Virus record (IMG/VR): IMGVR_UViG_3300036979_000962
Span: 1-50,016 of that record
Strand: one strand, 5' to 3'
Origin: a virus
Lineage: Duplodnaviria > Caudoviricetes
Length of the DNA: 50,016 nucleotides
The stretch's first letter is position 1, and the number at the start of each line of letters is the position of its first letter. The notes below the pieces were generated by a model, which saw only the letters and a program-made list of their open reading frames with translations, was not told where the DNA came from and did no database searches. Below, piece after piece: positions 8,578 to 17,148 of this stretch. The translations under genes and the position numbers were made by a program.

Positions 8578-8948
8578 TTCGCGGCCTCCTTCTCCACGAA
8601 GTCGAAGCAGATGAACTTCACCTCCGAGGCGGTCGTCGACCCGAGGACCTTGCAGAACTTCGCACACCGCGCACACCTCGGGAGCGTCCCGCGCTCCTTC
8701 ATCTTCCCGCGCCGGGCCTCGTCGCGGATTTGCTTCGACTTGCTGTTCGGGTAGTAGAGATTGTTCGCTATGTATTCGAGGCGCGAGAGGTCCGACTTTC
8801 CGAGGCATATGGAGTTGCGCCGGCCCGCGCCGCCGGGCCCCGACGCCTTGCCGTCGCCTCGCGTTCCGAACGGGGAGACGACGCTCGCCGAATGGAAGAC
8901 CTCAGCCCGCTTCTTCTTGTCCTTCCGCGGCCGGTATGCTTTTTTCAC
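8574..8948 (-). CDS. Basic protein with C-terminal Cys cluster
   Basis: GTGA overlap; CARCAKFC...C. Confidence 0.5.
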   Translation of the reverse strand: MKKAYRPRKDKKKRAEVFHSASVVSPFGTRGDGKASGPGGAGRRNSICLGKSDLSRLEYIANNLYYPNSKSKQIRDEARRGKMKERGTLPRCARCAKFCKVLGSTTASEVKFICFDFVEKEAAK

Positions 8949-9772
8949 GGCTTCCCCCGGACGAGGTTCTTCCGGTCCCACTCCGCGAGCGCCTTCGCGA
9001 TTTCGGCCTCGTCGCGGGTGTTCTTCCGGAGTTCCTTCTCGAACGACTTGCGGTATCCGAGCCGCTCTTCGGCCGTCGGCTGATAGGTGCTTTTACCGAC
9101 GCGGCTCTCGACCGACGGGATGAACTTCCCGCGGGTCCCGCCGGCCGCCTGTGAGCGCTCGAGCCATCCGGTGATGAACTTCCGCCACGCCCGCTTCTGA
9201 CCTCGAGGGCCGGCTCCGAGGAGCCACTCTCTCGCCTTCGCGAGTTCGATGCGGATGTCGCACGCCGGGAACGCCTCGGCCCATCCGTCGATGTCTTTCT
9301 TCGAGACGCCTCTCCACTCTCTCGCCTCGTGGTCGAAGCGGAGCGTCGCCTCTTCTTCTCTCTCTCTCTCTCTATCTAAATCTAAATCTACTGCGGACTT
9401 TTGTCCGTCGTCCGGTCGGACTTTTATCCGCCCGACCTTTTTCCGCTCGTATTCGGATTGGTATTTGCTCCAATTACAAACACTTATGACGCCGCGGGCG
9501 TCGACGCGGACCTTCCCCTTCTCGACCATCCTCGCGAGCGCCGGCTCGATGGAGGACTCGTCGACGCCGAGCGTATCGGCAAGGACGGGCCCGCGGTGTC
9601 CGACGGGCTCGCCGTTCTCGTCCTTCCGGCGGTAGACGACGCCCGGGATGTCCGAGTCGCCGGCGAGGAGCAGGATGCCTATGAAAATCCAGCGTTGCTC
9701 CGGCGAGAGTTCCTCAATCATCGAGCCGCGGAGGCATTGGTCGACCCAAAGTTTAATCCAAGTTCTGCTCAT
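8945..9772 (-). CDS. Phage replication initiator (replisome-organizer N-terminal type)
   Basis: WIKLW N-terminus, NWSKYQS, DLDLDREREREEE linker and C-terminal W..FITGWL.R domain. Confidence 0.8.
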   Translation of the reverse strand: MSRTWIKLWVDQCLRGSMIEELSPEQRWIFIGILLLAGDSDIPGVVYRRKDENGEPVGHRGPVLADTLGVDESSIEPALARMVEKGKVRVDARGVISVCNWSKYQSEYERKKVGRIKVRPDDGQKSAVDLDLDREREREEEATLRFDHEAREWRGVSKKDIDGWAEAFPACDIRIELAKAREWLLGAGPRGQKRAWRKFITGWLERSQAAGGTRGKFIPSVESRVGKSTYQPTAEERLGYRKSFEKELRKNTRDEAEIAKALAEWDRKNLVRGKP

Positions 9773-9789
9773 TGTGTTCTCGTGGAGAA

Positions 9790-9858
9790 CGGGGAGCGGG
9801 CGAGCCCAAGCGAAAGTCTAGGAGGTATCCGTAAGAATCGAAACCCACCCGCTCCCCG
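9790..9858 (-). other. 18-bp RNA hairpin displaying an anti-Shine-Dalgarno loop
   Basis: Transcript stem CGGGGAGCGGGUGGGUUU/GGGCUCGCCCGCUCCCCG; the loop contains GGAUACCUCCUAG. Confidence 0.6.
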
Positions 9859-9863
9859 CTCGT

Positions 9864-10601
9864 TCATTTCGGGGTCCTGACGGAGATGTTCTTCTTCCGG
9901 AAAATCCGGACGCCCGGGATGACGGCTTGCTCCTTCATCGCGGCGATGAAGTTCCGGATGCGCTTCTCGTTCGGGATGAGGAACGCCCGGGGGATGAGTT
10001 CCTCGTTCTCGATTTCGAAGTTCCACTCGTCGCGCAGATAGGTCCCGGGAGCGACGGGTTTCGGCGGGATGGCGGCCTCGGCCGCTGAAATCGCGCTGGC
10101 GGCCTTATCGGCGACGCCCGAGCGGACGGCCGCGGCCTCGTCCAAAAGCCCGTCCTGAAGCATCTGGTGGGCCTTATCGACGGAGTTTTCGGCCTCCCGG
10201 GCGGCCCGTTCCTTCGCGAGTTGAGCCTCGCGCTCCGCCTCGAGCCGCCGGCGGTCCTCGACCTCGAGGTAGTGGGCGACCTTCGGGCGGAGTTCCGCCT
10301 CGGCCTCGTCGAGCGTCCCGGTCCACTTTTTCTTCTGCGCGACGAGCGCCTTGTGGAGAGCGTGAGCCCGCTGAATCCCCGGGTCGAACTCGGCGTCGAG
10401 CCGGCGGCGAATGTCTTTGATGTGGAGGAGGCGCTCGGTCGCTTCGGTGAGCGAGGTTTGGTCGACGACCTCGAGTTCGCGGGCCCGGACGACGAGCGAG
10501 AGCGCGGCGAGTTTGACGGCGGCCTGTTCGTCGTTCGTCCCGTCGTCGACGAACGCGACCGGCTCCTCCGATTCGGGAACGAAGATGGGCGTGTCCATCA
10601 C
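9864..10601 (-). CDS. Coiled-coil recombination-module protein (Gam/Gp157-like)
   Basis: Long coiled coil; C-terminal WNFEIENEELIPRAFL..IPGVRIF; follows Bet. Confidence 0.55.
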   Translation of the reverse strand: MMDTPIFVPESEEPVAFVDDGTNDEQAAVKLAALSLVVRARELEVVDQTSLTEATERLLHIKDIRRRLDAEFDPGIQRAHALHKALVAQKKKWTGTLDEAEAELRPKVAHYLEVEDRRRLEAEREAQLAKERAAREAENSVDKAHQMLQDGLLDEAAAVRSGVADKAASAISAAEAAIPPKPVAPGTYLRDEWNFEIENEELIPRAFLIPNEKRIRNFIAAMKEQAVIPGVRIFRKKNISVRTPK

Positions 10602-11665
10602 TTCGCTCCCTTCGCGGCGGCCGCCTTCTTCTCGTCATCTTCCAGCGACGCCCGCCATCGCAAGAGGTAGCCGTGGACGAGTTCCATCTCCGCCTCGTTG
10701 AAGTCGGAGAGTTCGCCAACGGTGCGGTTGTAGGTCTTGAAGACGAAGCGCTGGATGCCGACCCACATCTTCTCCTCGCTGATTCCGCGCGCGGCGAGGT
10801 CGGTCTTGACCTTCGCGAACTTTTCGAGTTGCGTGAGCGTCGGCGTCTCGCCCTTCTTCGGCTTCGACTTCTTCGCGTGGTCCTCGGCGGTGTCGGCGCC
10901 GATTTCCTCGCCGAACGACGGGCCCTCGCCCTTCTCCTCGCCCTTCCCGGGACCGGGCTCGAACGACCCCTCGAACTCGTCGACGGGACGGCCGAGCGGC
11001 CGGCGCTTCGACTCCTCGTAGGAGGTCTTCGAGAACGGGTCGACCTTTGGGTCGGTGAGGTCCGCGACGACTTCGGTCGTCGGGAGTTTCGCGTGGTCGA
11101 CGGGCATCTCCTCGGCCGTGTAGGGCATCCCGGCGAACTCGTCGGGGAACGCCATCCGGAACGCTTGGGCGATGGCGACCTTCTTGAGCATCGTCCGCGG
11201 CTTGTCGGCCCAAAACTTGGTCGGGATTTTGCGGCCGGTCGGCTGTCCGTCCTTCCACTCCGGCTTCGTCTGGACATACTCCGAGAAGAATACCTCGTGG
11301 CGGAGCGGCTTCTCCCAATCCTTCCGGAAGACCTCGACCCACGCCTTCACGGGCGTCCCGTCGGGCCCGTCCTCGGTTCCCGAGTTCATCCCCGCCCACT
11401 TCCCGCTCCGGTCGGCGCGTTTGATGTAGGTCTCGTAGCCGACGACGAAAGTCGCGGGGTCCTTCGGGCTGTATTTGATGAGGTAGATTTCCCGCTTAAA
11501 CGGGTTCAGCCCGAACATCGCGCATTGATTGAGGAAGAGCGCGATTTCCTGTTGTGTGGCGAGCGCGTTGACATAGCGCGTCACCGTCTCCGGCGACAAC
11601 ACGATTGCCGCCGACTCGGCCGCCTTCACGACCGCCGAGGTTCCCGTCGTTTCTCTCTCTGACAT
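10598..11665 (-). CDS. bet: Phage recombination protein Bet (RecT family annealase)
   Basis: LNPFKREIYLIKY and W..KPRTMLKKVAIAQAFRMAFP..GMPYTAEEM. Confidence 0.92.
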   Translation of the reverse strand: MSERETTGTSAVVKAAESAAIVLSPETVTRYVNALATQQEIALFLNQCAMFGLNPFKREIYLIKYSPKDPATFVVGYETYIKRADRSGKWAGMNSGTEDGPDGTPVKAWVEVFRKDWEKPLRHEVFFSEYVQTKPEWKDGQPTGRKIPTKFWADKPRTMLKKVAIAQAFRMAFPDEFAGMPYTAEEMPVDHAKLPTTEVVADLTDPKVDPFSKTSYEESKRRPLGRPVDEFEGSFEPGPGKGEEKGEGPSFGEEIGADTAEDHAKKSKPKKGETPTLTQLEKFAKVKTDLAARGISEEKMWVGIQRFVFKTYNRTVGELSDFNEAEMELVHGYLLRWRASLEDDEKKAAAAKGAK

Positions 11666-11677
11666 TTCTCCAACCTC

Positions 11678-11893
11678 CTAGGTTTGGGATTTGACGAGCG
11701 CTTCGAGTTTCTCGATGCGCTTTTTCATCTCTTCGATTTTCGCGCCTCGCGCCTTCCGCGAGTAGAACGCGTAGATGCGGCAGTTGTCCGAGCAGAACTT
11801 CTGCCAAGTCCGGCGCGTCCGGAACGCCTTGCCGCAGGGCCCGTAGGCGCATCTCCGGACGACCCCGGCCGTTGTCCTTCGGTCGTTCGTCAT
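11678..11893 (-). CDS. Small Zn-finger protein (CGNR-like)
   Basis: CAYGPCGKAF...FCSDNCR; AAGGAG RBS. Confidence 0.7.
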   Translation of the reverse strand: MTNDRRTTAGVVRRCAYGPCGKAFRTRRTWQKFCSDNCRIYAFYSRKARGAKIEEMKKRIEKLEALVKSQT

Positions 11894-11933
11894 TATCGCT
11901 CCTTCCCGAATTGTTGCGCTTCGAACGGAACGA

Positions 11934-11963
11934 ATTATAATCCGAGTCCGCGGAAAAACTCAA
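11934..11963 (-). promoter_or_regulatory. Sigma70-type promoter of the recombination/replication operon
   Basis: TTGAGT-N18-TATAAT just after the early terminator. Confidence 0.65.
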
Positions 11964-11997
11964 GCGATTTGTTAAACTCATCCGGCCGATTGCGGGC

Positions 11998-12038
11998 AAA
12001 AAAAAAGGCCGGGGCCCCGCGGGGGACGCCCGGCCTTT
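11998..12038 (-). terminator. Strong intrinsic terminator ending the early operon
   Basis: GGCCGGG...CCCGGCC hairpin followed by 9 T. Confidence 0.9.
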
Positions 12039-12047
12039 GTCGGTCGG

Positions 12048-13421
12048 CTACTTCTTCTTCCCGGCGCACTTCGCGCAGAGGCGGTCGCGGTTGAGTTCGC
12101 TCGGCTTGAACTCGCCCGCGCACTTGTCGCAGAAGAGGATGTCTTCGTCGTCCTTGAGGAAGGCGATTTTCTTGAAGCCACGCCTCCGGACGACCTCGCC
12201 CTTCGGGGCCTTCCCGACCTTCGTCTTCACGGGCTCGGCCTCGGCCGCGATGACCTCGCGGACCCGGACGCGGGAGGTCCGGCGGGCCTTCGTCGTCGGC
12301 TTCGGGAACGCCGGCGCGTAGGACTGCAACTCGAGGTTGCGGTCGCGCTCGCTCGTCTTCTTCTTCGCGGCCTTCTTCGGGGTCCGCATCTTCGCGTCCA
12401 CGGCCTTCTGCTTGGCCGTCCGGTCCTTCGGGCCGGCCTCGGGGCGTTCGCCCGCCACAGGGGCTCCTGCGGCCGTTTTCGGGGCCTTCCCGGCCTTCTT
12501 CGCGGGCGCCTCGGCCGCCCGGGCGGCCTTCGCGGCCGCCTTCTTCTCGCGCCGGCTCTCGACGACCTTCTCGCGGAACTCGGCCCGGAGAGCGCTCGCC
12601 GAGATTTTCTTCTCCTCCCGCGCCTTCGCGATGGCTTCGTCGGCCGGAGCCTCGACCTTGTCGAACGAGTAGAACTTCTTGTCCGCGTTCTCGGAGAGGA
12701 GGAGCGGGACCTCGTGGTCGATGAAGGCGTTGAGGCGCGTCTGCTTCGCGGCGACGCACATAATCGGGAGCGGGTTCATCAACTCGGTCGTCGCTCCGTG
12801 CCAGCCGTGGAGCGTCGGCGTGTATTTCGACTTCTCGTCGTCCGTCCCGTAGAAGAGGCGGTCGAAGTCGCCGAACCGCTTGGCCGGGATGAGGTCGCGC
12901 CGCATCGCGGCGATGGTCAGAATCGACGCCTGTTTGATGGAGAGGTCGCGCTCGAGCATCGCCGAGTGCCACGCGGCGAGCCCGTCCCACCGCGCCATCG
13001 TCGCGGCGAGAGCCTCCCGCGCCATCAGCACGATTTCCGAGGAGTCGAGCATCCCGGTGTGCTTCCGGAAGAGGACATAGTCGGACGAGAAGACCATATT
13101 GTCGCAGACGAAGACGCGCTCGCCCGCGCACAGCCCGACCGCCATCGACTTGTTGATGGAGTTGCGGATTCCGATGGCGAACCGGAACCCCTCCGCGCCG
13201 CGGTTGACCTCCCAGATGCCGAACATCTGAGCGCCGGTCGTTATCGAGTATTCCTTCCGCTCGACCGACAGCCCGGCCTCGGCGACCGCGGAGGCGACCG
13301 CGCCGATGACTTCGCCGTGAGCGAACGGATGCCACGACGCCGTGAAATCCGGTTGCGGCTCGGCGAGGACCACCGACTCATCGACCCTCCGCGTGACCTT
13401 GTGAGAGAGAACAGCGTTCAT
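12048..13421 (-). CDS. DUF932-family protein with Lys/Ala-rich tail and C-terminal Zn finger
   Basis: RNSINKS...GERVFVCDNM...RKHT; AKKAGKAPK-rich region; CDKC...CAKC. Confidence 0.75.
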   Translation of the reverse strand: MNAVLSHKVTRRVDESVVLAEPQPDFTASWHPFAHGEVIGAVASAVAEAGLSVERKEYSITTGAQMFGIWEVNRGAEGFRFAIGIRNSINKSMAVGLCAGERVFVCDNMVFSSDYVLFRKHTGMLDSSEIVLMAREALAATMARWDGLAAWHSAMLERDLSIKQASILTIAAMRRDLIPAKRFGDFDRLFYGTDDEKSKYTPTLHGWHGATTELMNPLPIMCVAAKQTRLNAFIDHEVPLLLSENADKKFYSFDKVEAPADEAIAKAREEKKISASALRAEFREKVVESRREKKAAAKAARAAEAPAKKAGKAPKTAAGAPVAGERPEAGPKDRTAKQKAVDAKMRTPKKAAKKKTSERDRNLELQSYAPAFPKPTTKARRTSRVRVREVIAAEAEPVKTKVGKAPKGEVVRRRGFKKIAFLKDDEDILFCDKCAGEFKPSELNRDRLCAKCAGKKK

Positions 13422-13446
13422 AAAAAACCTCCTAGAGAATTAGCCT

Positions 13447-13509
13447 GAGCCCGGGTTTGGACGGGCTCCTCCGGCTTAGGGCGGGCCTCCCGCTCCGCCC
13501 CCATCGCCA
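13447..13509 (-). ncRNA. Twister ribozyme, P5 permutation, copy 7 (divergent)
   Basis: UGGC-GAUG-P1-U^AA-GCCG-GA-GAGCCCG UCCAAAC CCGGGCUC. P2 and T1 (UG/CA) covary; T2 is imperfect. Predicted cut 13478/13477. Confidence 0.65.
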
Positions 13510-13519
13510 AAGACATCGT

Positions 13520-13897
13520 TCAGTAGGACGCGACGACGACGACGGGCTTCCCCGTCTTCTTCTCCATCCGCTCGGCGAGCCGGACGAAATCGGAGAAGGA
13601 CTTGGCGACCTTCGCGATGGCCTTCGCGTCGGTCTGCTTGTAGATGGTCCGCTCGCGGACCTCTACCGCGGCCCTCGCCGTGTCGAGCCGGTCGCGCATC
13701 GTCCGCGCCGGGATGGCCGCCTTCCCGTCGTGCGAGAAGAACGCCTCCGGAACGAGCGCCCGGGTCGCGTAGGGGTCGCCGTGGTAGGCTTCCCGAAGGT
13801 AGCCGACGCGGCCGGCCGTGACGGAGAAGCCGGTTATCTGAGCCTTCTTCTCCGCCTCGGTCTGCCCCTCCCATTCCATATAAATGTCGATGCCCAT
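13520..13897 (-). CDS. Hypothetical early protein
   Basis: MGIDIYM start; CTAGGAGG RBS. Confidence 0.75.
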   Translation of the reverse strand: MGIDIYMEWEGQTEAEKKAQITGFSVTAGRVGYLREAYHGDPYATRALVPEAFFSHDGKAAIPARTMRDRLDTARAAVEVRERTIYKQTDAKAIAKVAKSFSDFVRLAERMEKKTGKPVVVVASY

Positions 13898-13911
13898 AAG
13901 AACCTCCTAGA

Positions 13912-13950
13912 CGAACGCGGCTTGGATTCGGCTCGCGCCGGACCGCGCTC
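13912..13950 (-). other. Intergenic hairpin (not a full twister)
   Basis: GAGCGCGG...CCGCGUUC stem with an inner CGGC-GCGA-GCCG GNRA hairpin and a UCCAAGCC remnant. Confidence 0.5.
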
Positions 13951-14493
13951 TCACTTGTCGTCGCCGTCGTAGGCGGCGAACTTGCGGGCGAGTTTCATAT
14001 CGACCGAATCGAGCGGTTGGACCGCGAGGAGCCGGCGCTGGAAGTTCACCTCGGCCGCGCCTTCCTCCGGGTCGTTCCGTCCCTTCTTCTCGGCCCGGTA
14101 GTTGACGGCCCGGTCGTCGCAGTCGTTGAAGTCGACGGTGCCGCCGAAGAACCTCGCGAGTCCCTTGAAGACGGCGATGTTGATGGCGTAGGAGCGAGCC
14201 GAGAGATAGCGCCGGCCGCGGCCGCCCTCGAACGCGTAGAACGCCGACCAGCACTCGCCGAGTTTCAGCCACGCGAGCGACTCTCCCGGCTTCGGCCGGA
14301 CGATGATGTCGGCGAAGCCGGCCTCGAACGAGGCGGCGTTCACCTTGACCCGGTGGTCGGGCGCCTCCGCGAAGAACGAGCCGTCGACGAACTCGTGCTT
14401 GTGGATAGAGACGCCGAGGAGCGCCGCCGCGACGAGAGCGACATCCTTGACGCGGACATCGCTCGGAAGGTAAAGATGAGTGTCAACGCCCAT
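13951..14493 (-). CDS. Hypothetical early protein
   Basis: 180 aa ORF; CTAGGAGG RBS. Confidence 0.75.
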   Translation of the reverse strand: MGVDTHLYLPSDVRVKDVALVAAALLGVSIHKHEFVDGSFFAEAPDHRVKVNAASFEAGFADIIVRPKPGESLAWLKLGECWSAFYAFEGGRGRRYLSARSYAINIAVFKGLARFFGGTVDFNDCDDRAVNYRAEKKGRNDPEEGAAEVNFQRRLLAVQPLDSVDMKLARKFAAYDGDDK

Positions 14494-14520
14494 TGTAAAA
14501 CCTCCTAGAGAAAATGGATT

Positions 14521-14596
14521 TGCGCGCCCGGGCTTTGGACCGGGACCGCCGCATTAGGGCGGGCTCCGAGAGTCCCGCCGCCATCTGCGTCACGCA
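14521..14596 (-). ncRNA. Twister ribozyme, P5 permutation, copy 6
   Basis: P5 UGCGU/GCGCA; CGCA-GAUG-P1-U^AA-UGCG-GC-CCCGG UCCAAAGC CCGGG. Predicted cut 14556/14555. Confidence 0.85.
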
Positions 14597-14793
14597 GTAG
14601 GGTCGAAGCGGATGCGGTCGCACCGGAGGCACCGGACCTCCCGCCTCCCGACCCGCTCCAAGGCGCCGCCGCACCAATGCTTCTCGTCCAGCGTCCGCCG
14701 CCGCCACGCGGCCTTCCGGCCGGCGGTGCGGGCCTGTTCGCGAAGCAGGACCCGGAGGCCCCGCTTCTCGGCTTCGGTGATGTGGATAGTCAT
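14590..14793 (-). CDS. Small Cys/His protein
   Basis: ATGA overlap; HWC...CLRC. Confidence 0.55.
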   Translation of the reverse strand: MTIHITEAEKRGLRVLLREQARTAGRKAAWRRRTLDEKHWCGGALERVGRREVRCLRCDRIRFDPTA

Positions 14794-15089
14794 TCTCCGA
14801 GCCTCCTCCGCTCGATGTCGTTGTCGACCATCCGGTCGAACGCCTCGTCCGGGTCCGGGCCTTCGGGGAACTCCCGAGCCTCGCCCTCTTCGAAGCGCTG
14901 GCCGGTCTCCGGGTCCGTGAGCGACCCGTCCTCGTCGTCGCGGACGAACTCCGCGGCGTCGCACTCTTTCCCGCATCCCGCGCAGACATCGAAGATGTCG
15001 TCGGGGTCGAGGCGGTCCGTCGAGGCCCGCTTCCCGACGACGACCGGCGCGAGACAGCAGAGCGACCTGTCGACGAGCGTCGTAGCCAT
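14790..15089 (-). CDS. Acidic Zn-binding hypothetical protein
   Basis: SLCC...CAGCGKEC; coupled start. Confidence 0.6.
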   Translation of the reverse strand: MATTLVDRSLCCLAPVVVGKRASTDRLDPDDIFDVCAGCGKECDAAEFVRDDEDGSLTDPETGQRFEEGEAREFPEGPDPDEAFDRMVDNDIERRRLGE

Positions 15090-15433
15090 CACTTGCCGCC
15101 CTTCTTGTCGGGGTAGCCGAAGCCCGGCCCAATCTTCTCGTCGGCCTCGTGGACGGCGGCGTCGATTTCGTCCTCTCCGTCGAGGTCCTCCGGGTCGTCG
15201 GCGCACCCGACGAACTCCTCGATGGCGGCCTCGATGGTGGCGCGGTTGGCTTTGACGCCCTCCGCGTTCCGGACCTCGAATCCGAGAGCCTCGAGGATGT
15301 CGACGCAAGTCTCGACGAGCGAGACGCGGGCCGGGACCTCGTAGTCGTTGAGGTCGCGGTCGAGGATGTGCTCGGCGCAGTCGCCGAGGTCCGACGAGGT
15401 GTTCTCGAACCGGCAGTAAGACATATTGGACAT
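15089..15433 (-). CDS. Acidic hypothetical phage protein
   Basis: MSNMSYCRFENT..DL.DC N-terminus, recurrent in phage proteins; strong RBS. Confidence 0.75.
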   Translation of the reverse strand: MSNMSYCRFENTSSDLGDCAEHILDRDLNDYEVPARVSLVETCVDILEALGFEVRNAEGVKANRATIEAAIEEFVGCADDPEDLDGEDEIDAAVHEADEKIGPGFGYPDKKGGK

Positions 15434-15460
15434 CGTAAAACCTCCTAGAAAAATTAGGGG

Positions 15461-15530
15461 TCGGAGGGCTTGGGAACCTCCGGAGCCGCCTTAGAGAAGG
15501 TGTCATCGGAGTCACCTTCTCCCCTCGGCG
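15461..15530 (-). ncRNA. Twister ribozyme, P5 permutation, copy 5
   Basis: CGCC-GAGG-GGAGAAGGUG/CACCUUCUCU^AA-GGCG-GC-CGGAGG UUCCCAAGC CCUCCG; compensatory P2. Predicted cut 15493/15492. Confidence 0.85.
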
Positions 15531-15533
15531 ATT

Positions 15534-15764
15534 TCAGAACTTCGTCATCTCGACCTTGGTCGCCGCGGAGGTCGAGAGCGTGACCGCCGGGCATCCGTAA
15601 GTCCCGATGTAGAGACCCTCGAGGTCGGAGACGAAGATTTGGACGAGCCCGTGAGGCGTGTCGACCCACAGGAGCCTGTCCTTCGGGCCCATCTTGACCT
15701 CGCGGAACTCGCCGGTGACCTTCCCGGTCGCCTTGTCCTTGTTCCGGACGAGCCTGAGTTTCAT
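15534..15764 (-). CDS. Hypothetical protein
   Basis: MKLRLVRNKDK start at an ATGA overlap. Confidence 0.6.
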   Translation of the reverse strand: MKLRLVRNKDKATGKVTGEFREVKMGPKDRLLWVDTPHGLVQIFVSDLEGLYIGTYGCPAVTLSTSAATKVEMTKF

Positions 15765-15979
15765 ATCGCTTCTCCCTTCTTCGATTCGAGATGGGCGGAG
15801 ACCTTCTCCGCGAACGAGACGCGCTCGTAGGCCCGGATGAGGAACGGGTCGCGCATCCCCTTGACTGTCCGCTCGGCGTAGGCCGCGGCGAGTTCGGTCG
15901 GCTCGCCGGCCGCGACGCGGCGGCGGAGGATGTCCTTGAAGACCGCCATCATCATCTCGACCTTCCGGTCGGCGTCCAT
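15761..15979 (-). CDS. Hypothetical protein
   Basis: MDADRKVEMM start at a TGATG overlap. Confidence 0.6.
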   Translation of the reverse strand: MDADRKVEMMMAVFKDILRRRVAAGEPTELAAAYAERTVKGMRDPFLIRAYERVSFAEKVSAHLESKKGEAI

Positions 15980-16443
15980 CAGAACATCCCCGGGAAGTCG
16001 ACGCACACATTCGAGGCGTCGTCGATGGCCGACTCGGCGGCTTCGAGGAACTCCTCGAGTTCGTCGGCCGAGGTCGTCGTGAGGTCGTTGAGGTCCGCGT
16101 CCTCGAGCCCGCTCGTGAACTCCTCGAGGTTCGAAATCGCCTCCTCGAGTTCTTCGGCCTTCGACCCGGACTGCAGATTCTCGGGAAGATTGTCGAGCCA
16201 ATTTTGGAGTTCTTCGCTCAACTCCTCCGCGTTCTGCTTCGCGTCGTCGACGATTCCGGCCGCCCGCTCCGCGGCCGCGAGTTCTTCCGGCGTGAAGACG
16301 ACGATGGTCTCGGCCTCGATGTGAGTCGCGCCGAGTTCGGTCCGGACCTTTTCGAGAAGGTCTTGGACGGTGGAGAGAGCGTCGCCGAGCGCCGACTGAA
16401 TCTCCGCGAACCGCTCGCGCCTTGACGGATTCCGCTTAGACAT
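15979..16443 (-). CDS. Very acidic helical protein
   Basis: 154 aa, E/D-rich; CTAGGAGG RBS. Confidence 0.75.
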   Translation of the reverse strand: MSKRNPSRRERFAEIQSALGDALSTVQDLLEKVRTELGATHIEAETIVVFTPEELAAAERAAGIVDDAKQNAEELSEELQNWLDNLPENLQSGSKAEELEEAISNLEEFTSGLEDADLNDLTTTSADELEEFLEAAESAIDDASNVCVDFPGMF

Positions 16444-16476
16444 TTGAAAACCTCCTAGAGAAAATTGGATTTACGG

Positions 16477-16533
16477 GGCCGGGCTTGGGACCGGCCAGCC
16501 GCATTGACGGGACCCGCGTCCCGCCCCTCTGCG
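16477..16533 (-). ncRNA. Twister ribozyme, P5 permutation, copy 4
   Basis: CGCA-GAGG-GGCGGGAC/GUCCCGUC^AA-UGCG-GC-GGCCGG UCCCAAGC CCGGCC. Predicted cut 16506/16505. Confidence 0.88.
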
Positions 16534-16534
16534 A

Positions 16535-16768
16535 TTAGGTCTTCTTGGAGATTCGGAGACCGCCATACTTCTTGTCTTCTTCGGCGGGACGAATCGACAT
16601 TCCAGAGAGGTCGCCAATGACCATCTCTCTCTGCTTCGGCTCATCTCCATCCTGATTGACGACCATCAAGAAGATGAGGCCGCTCTTCTTGTCGATTCTC
16701 TTGTAGGCCCAAAAGCGCCGCCCGTCGTTCGTGACGACATACCAATACTGATACTTCGGATAAATCAT
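16535..16768 (-). CDS. Hypothetical protein (77 aa, lower GC)
   Basis: MIYPKYQYW start with GGAGG RBS; the ORF-track extension runs through the ribozyme. Confidence 0.7.
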   Translation of the reverse strand: MIYPKYQYWYVVTNDGRRFWAYKRIDKKSGLIFLMVVNQDGDEPKQREMVIGDLSGMSIRPAEEDKKYGGLRISKKT

Positions 16769-16790
16769 CTGTCCCTCCACTATAAGGAAT

Positions 16791-16847
16791 GCCCGGGCTT
16801 GGGACCGGGCCGCCGCATTGACGGGACCCGCGTCCCGCCCCTCTGCG
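16791..16847 (-). ncRNA. Twister ribozyme, P5 permutation, copy 3
   Basis: CGCA-GAGG-P1-C^AA-UGCG-GC-GCCCGG UCCCAAGC CCGGGC. Predicted cut 16820/16819. Confidence 0.88.
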
Positions 16848-16848
16848 A

Positions 16849-17118
16849 TTAGGATGTCCAAGTGTCGGCGAGGTCCGCGAGCCTTCGCTCGTGCTTCTCG
16901 TTGACCGACTCTTGAATCTCGACGGCCTTCCGGACGACCATCTGCTTGTCGACGACTTCTTTATAGAGGCTCCGCCAAAGGTCGCGGAGGTCGTCGAGTT
17001 TCATCCGATTGAGATTCGGTTGGGGCCGCTCGAGGTAGTTCGTCGCGATGCGGATTTGGATGCCGAGTTCGTTCCGCCGCGAATACTCCGCCCGGTTGCT
17101 TCCGAGAGCGTGTCTCAT
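16849..17118 (-). CDS. Hypothetical early protein
   Basis: 89 aa; CTAGGAGG RBS. Confidence 0.7.
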   Translation of the reverse strand: MRHALGSNRAEYSRRNELGIQIRIATNYLERPQPNLNRMKLDDLRDLWRSLYKEVVDKQMVVRKAVEIQESVNEKHERRLADLADTWTS

Positions 17119-17148
17119 CGTGACCTCCTAGAATTGCGGGTTTGATTT

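Noticed and set aside
9350-9392. CT microsatellite and ATCTAA repeats
   Set aside because: They encode the DLDLDRERERE linker usual in phage initiators; possibly part of the origin, but there are no clear iterons.
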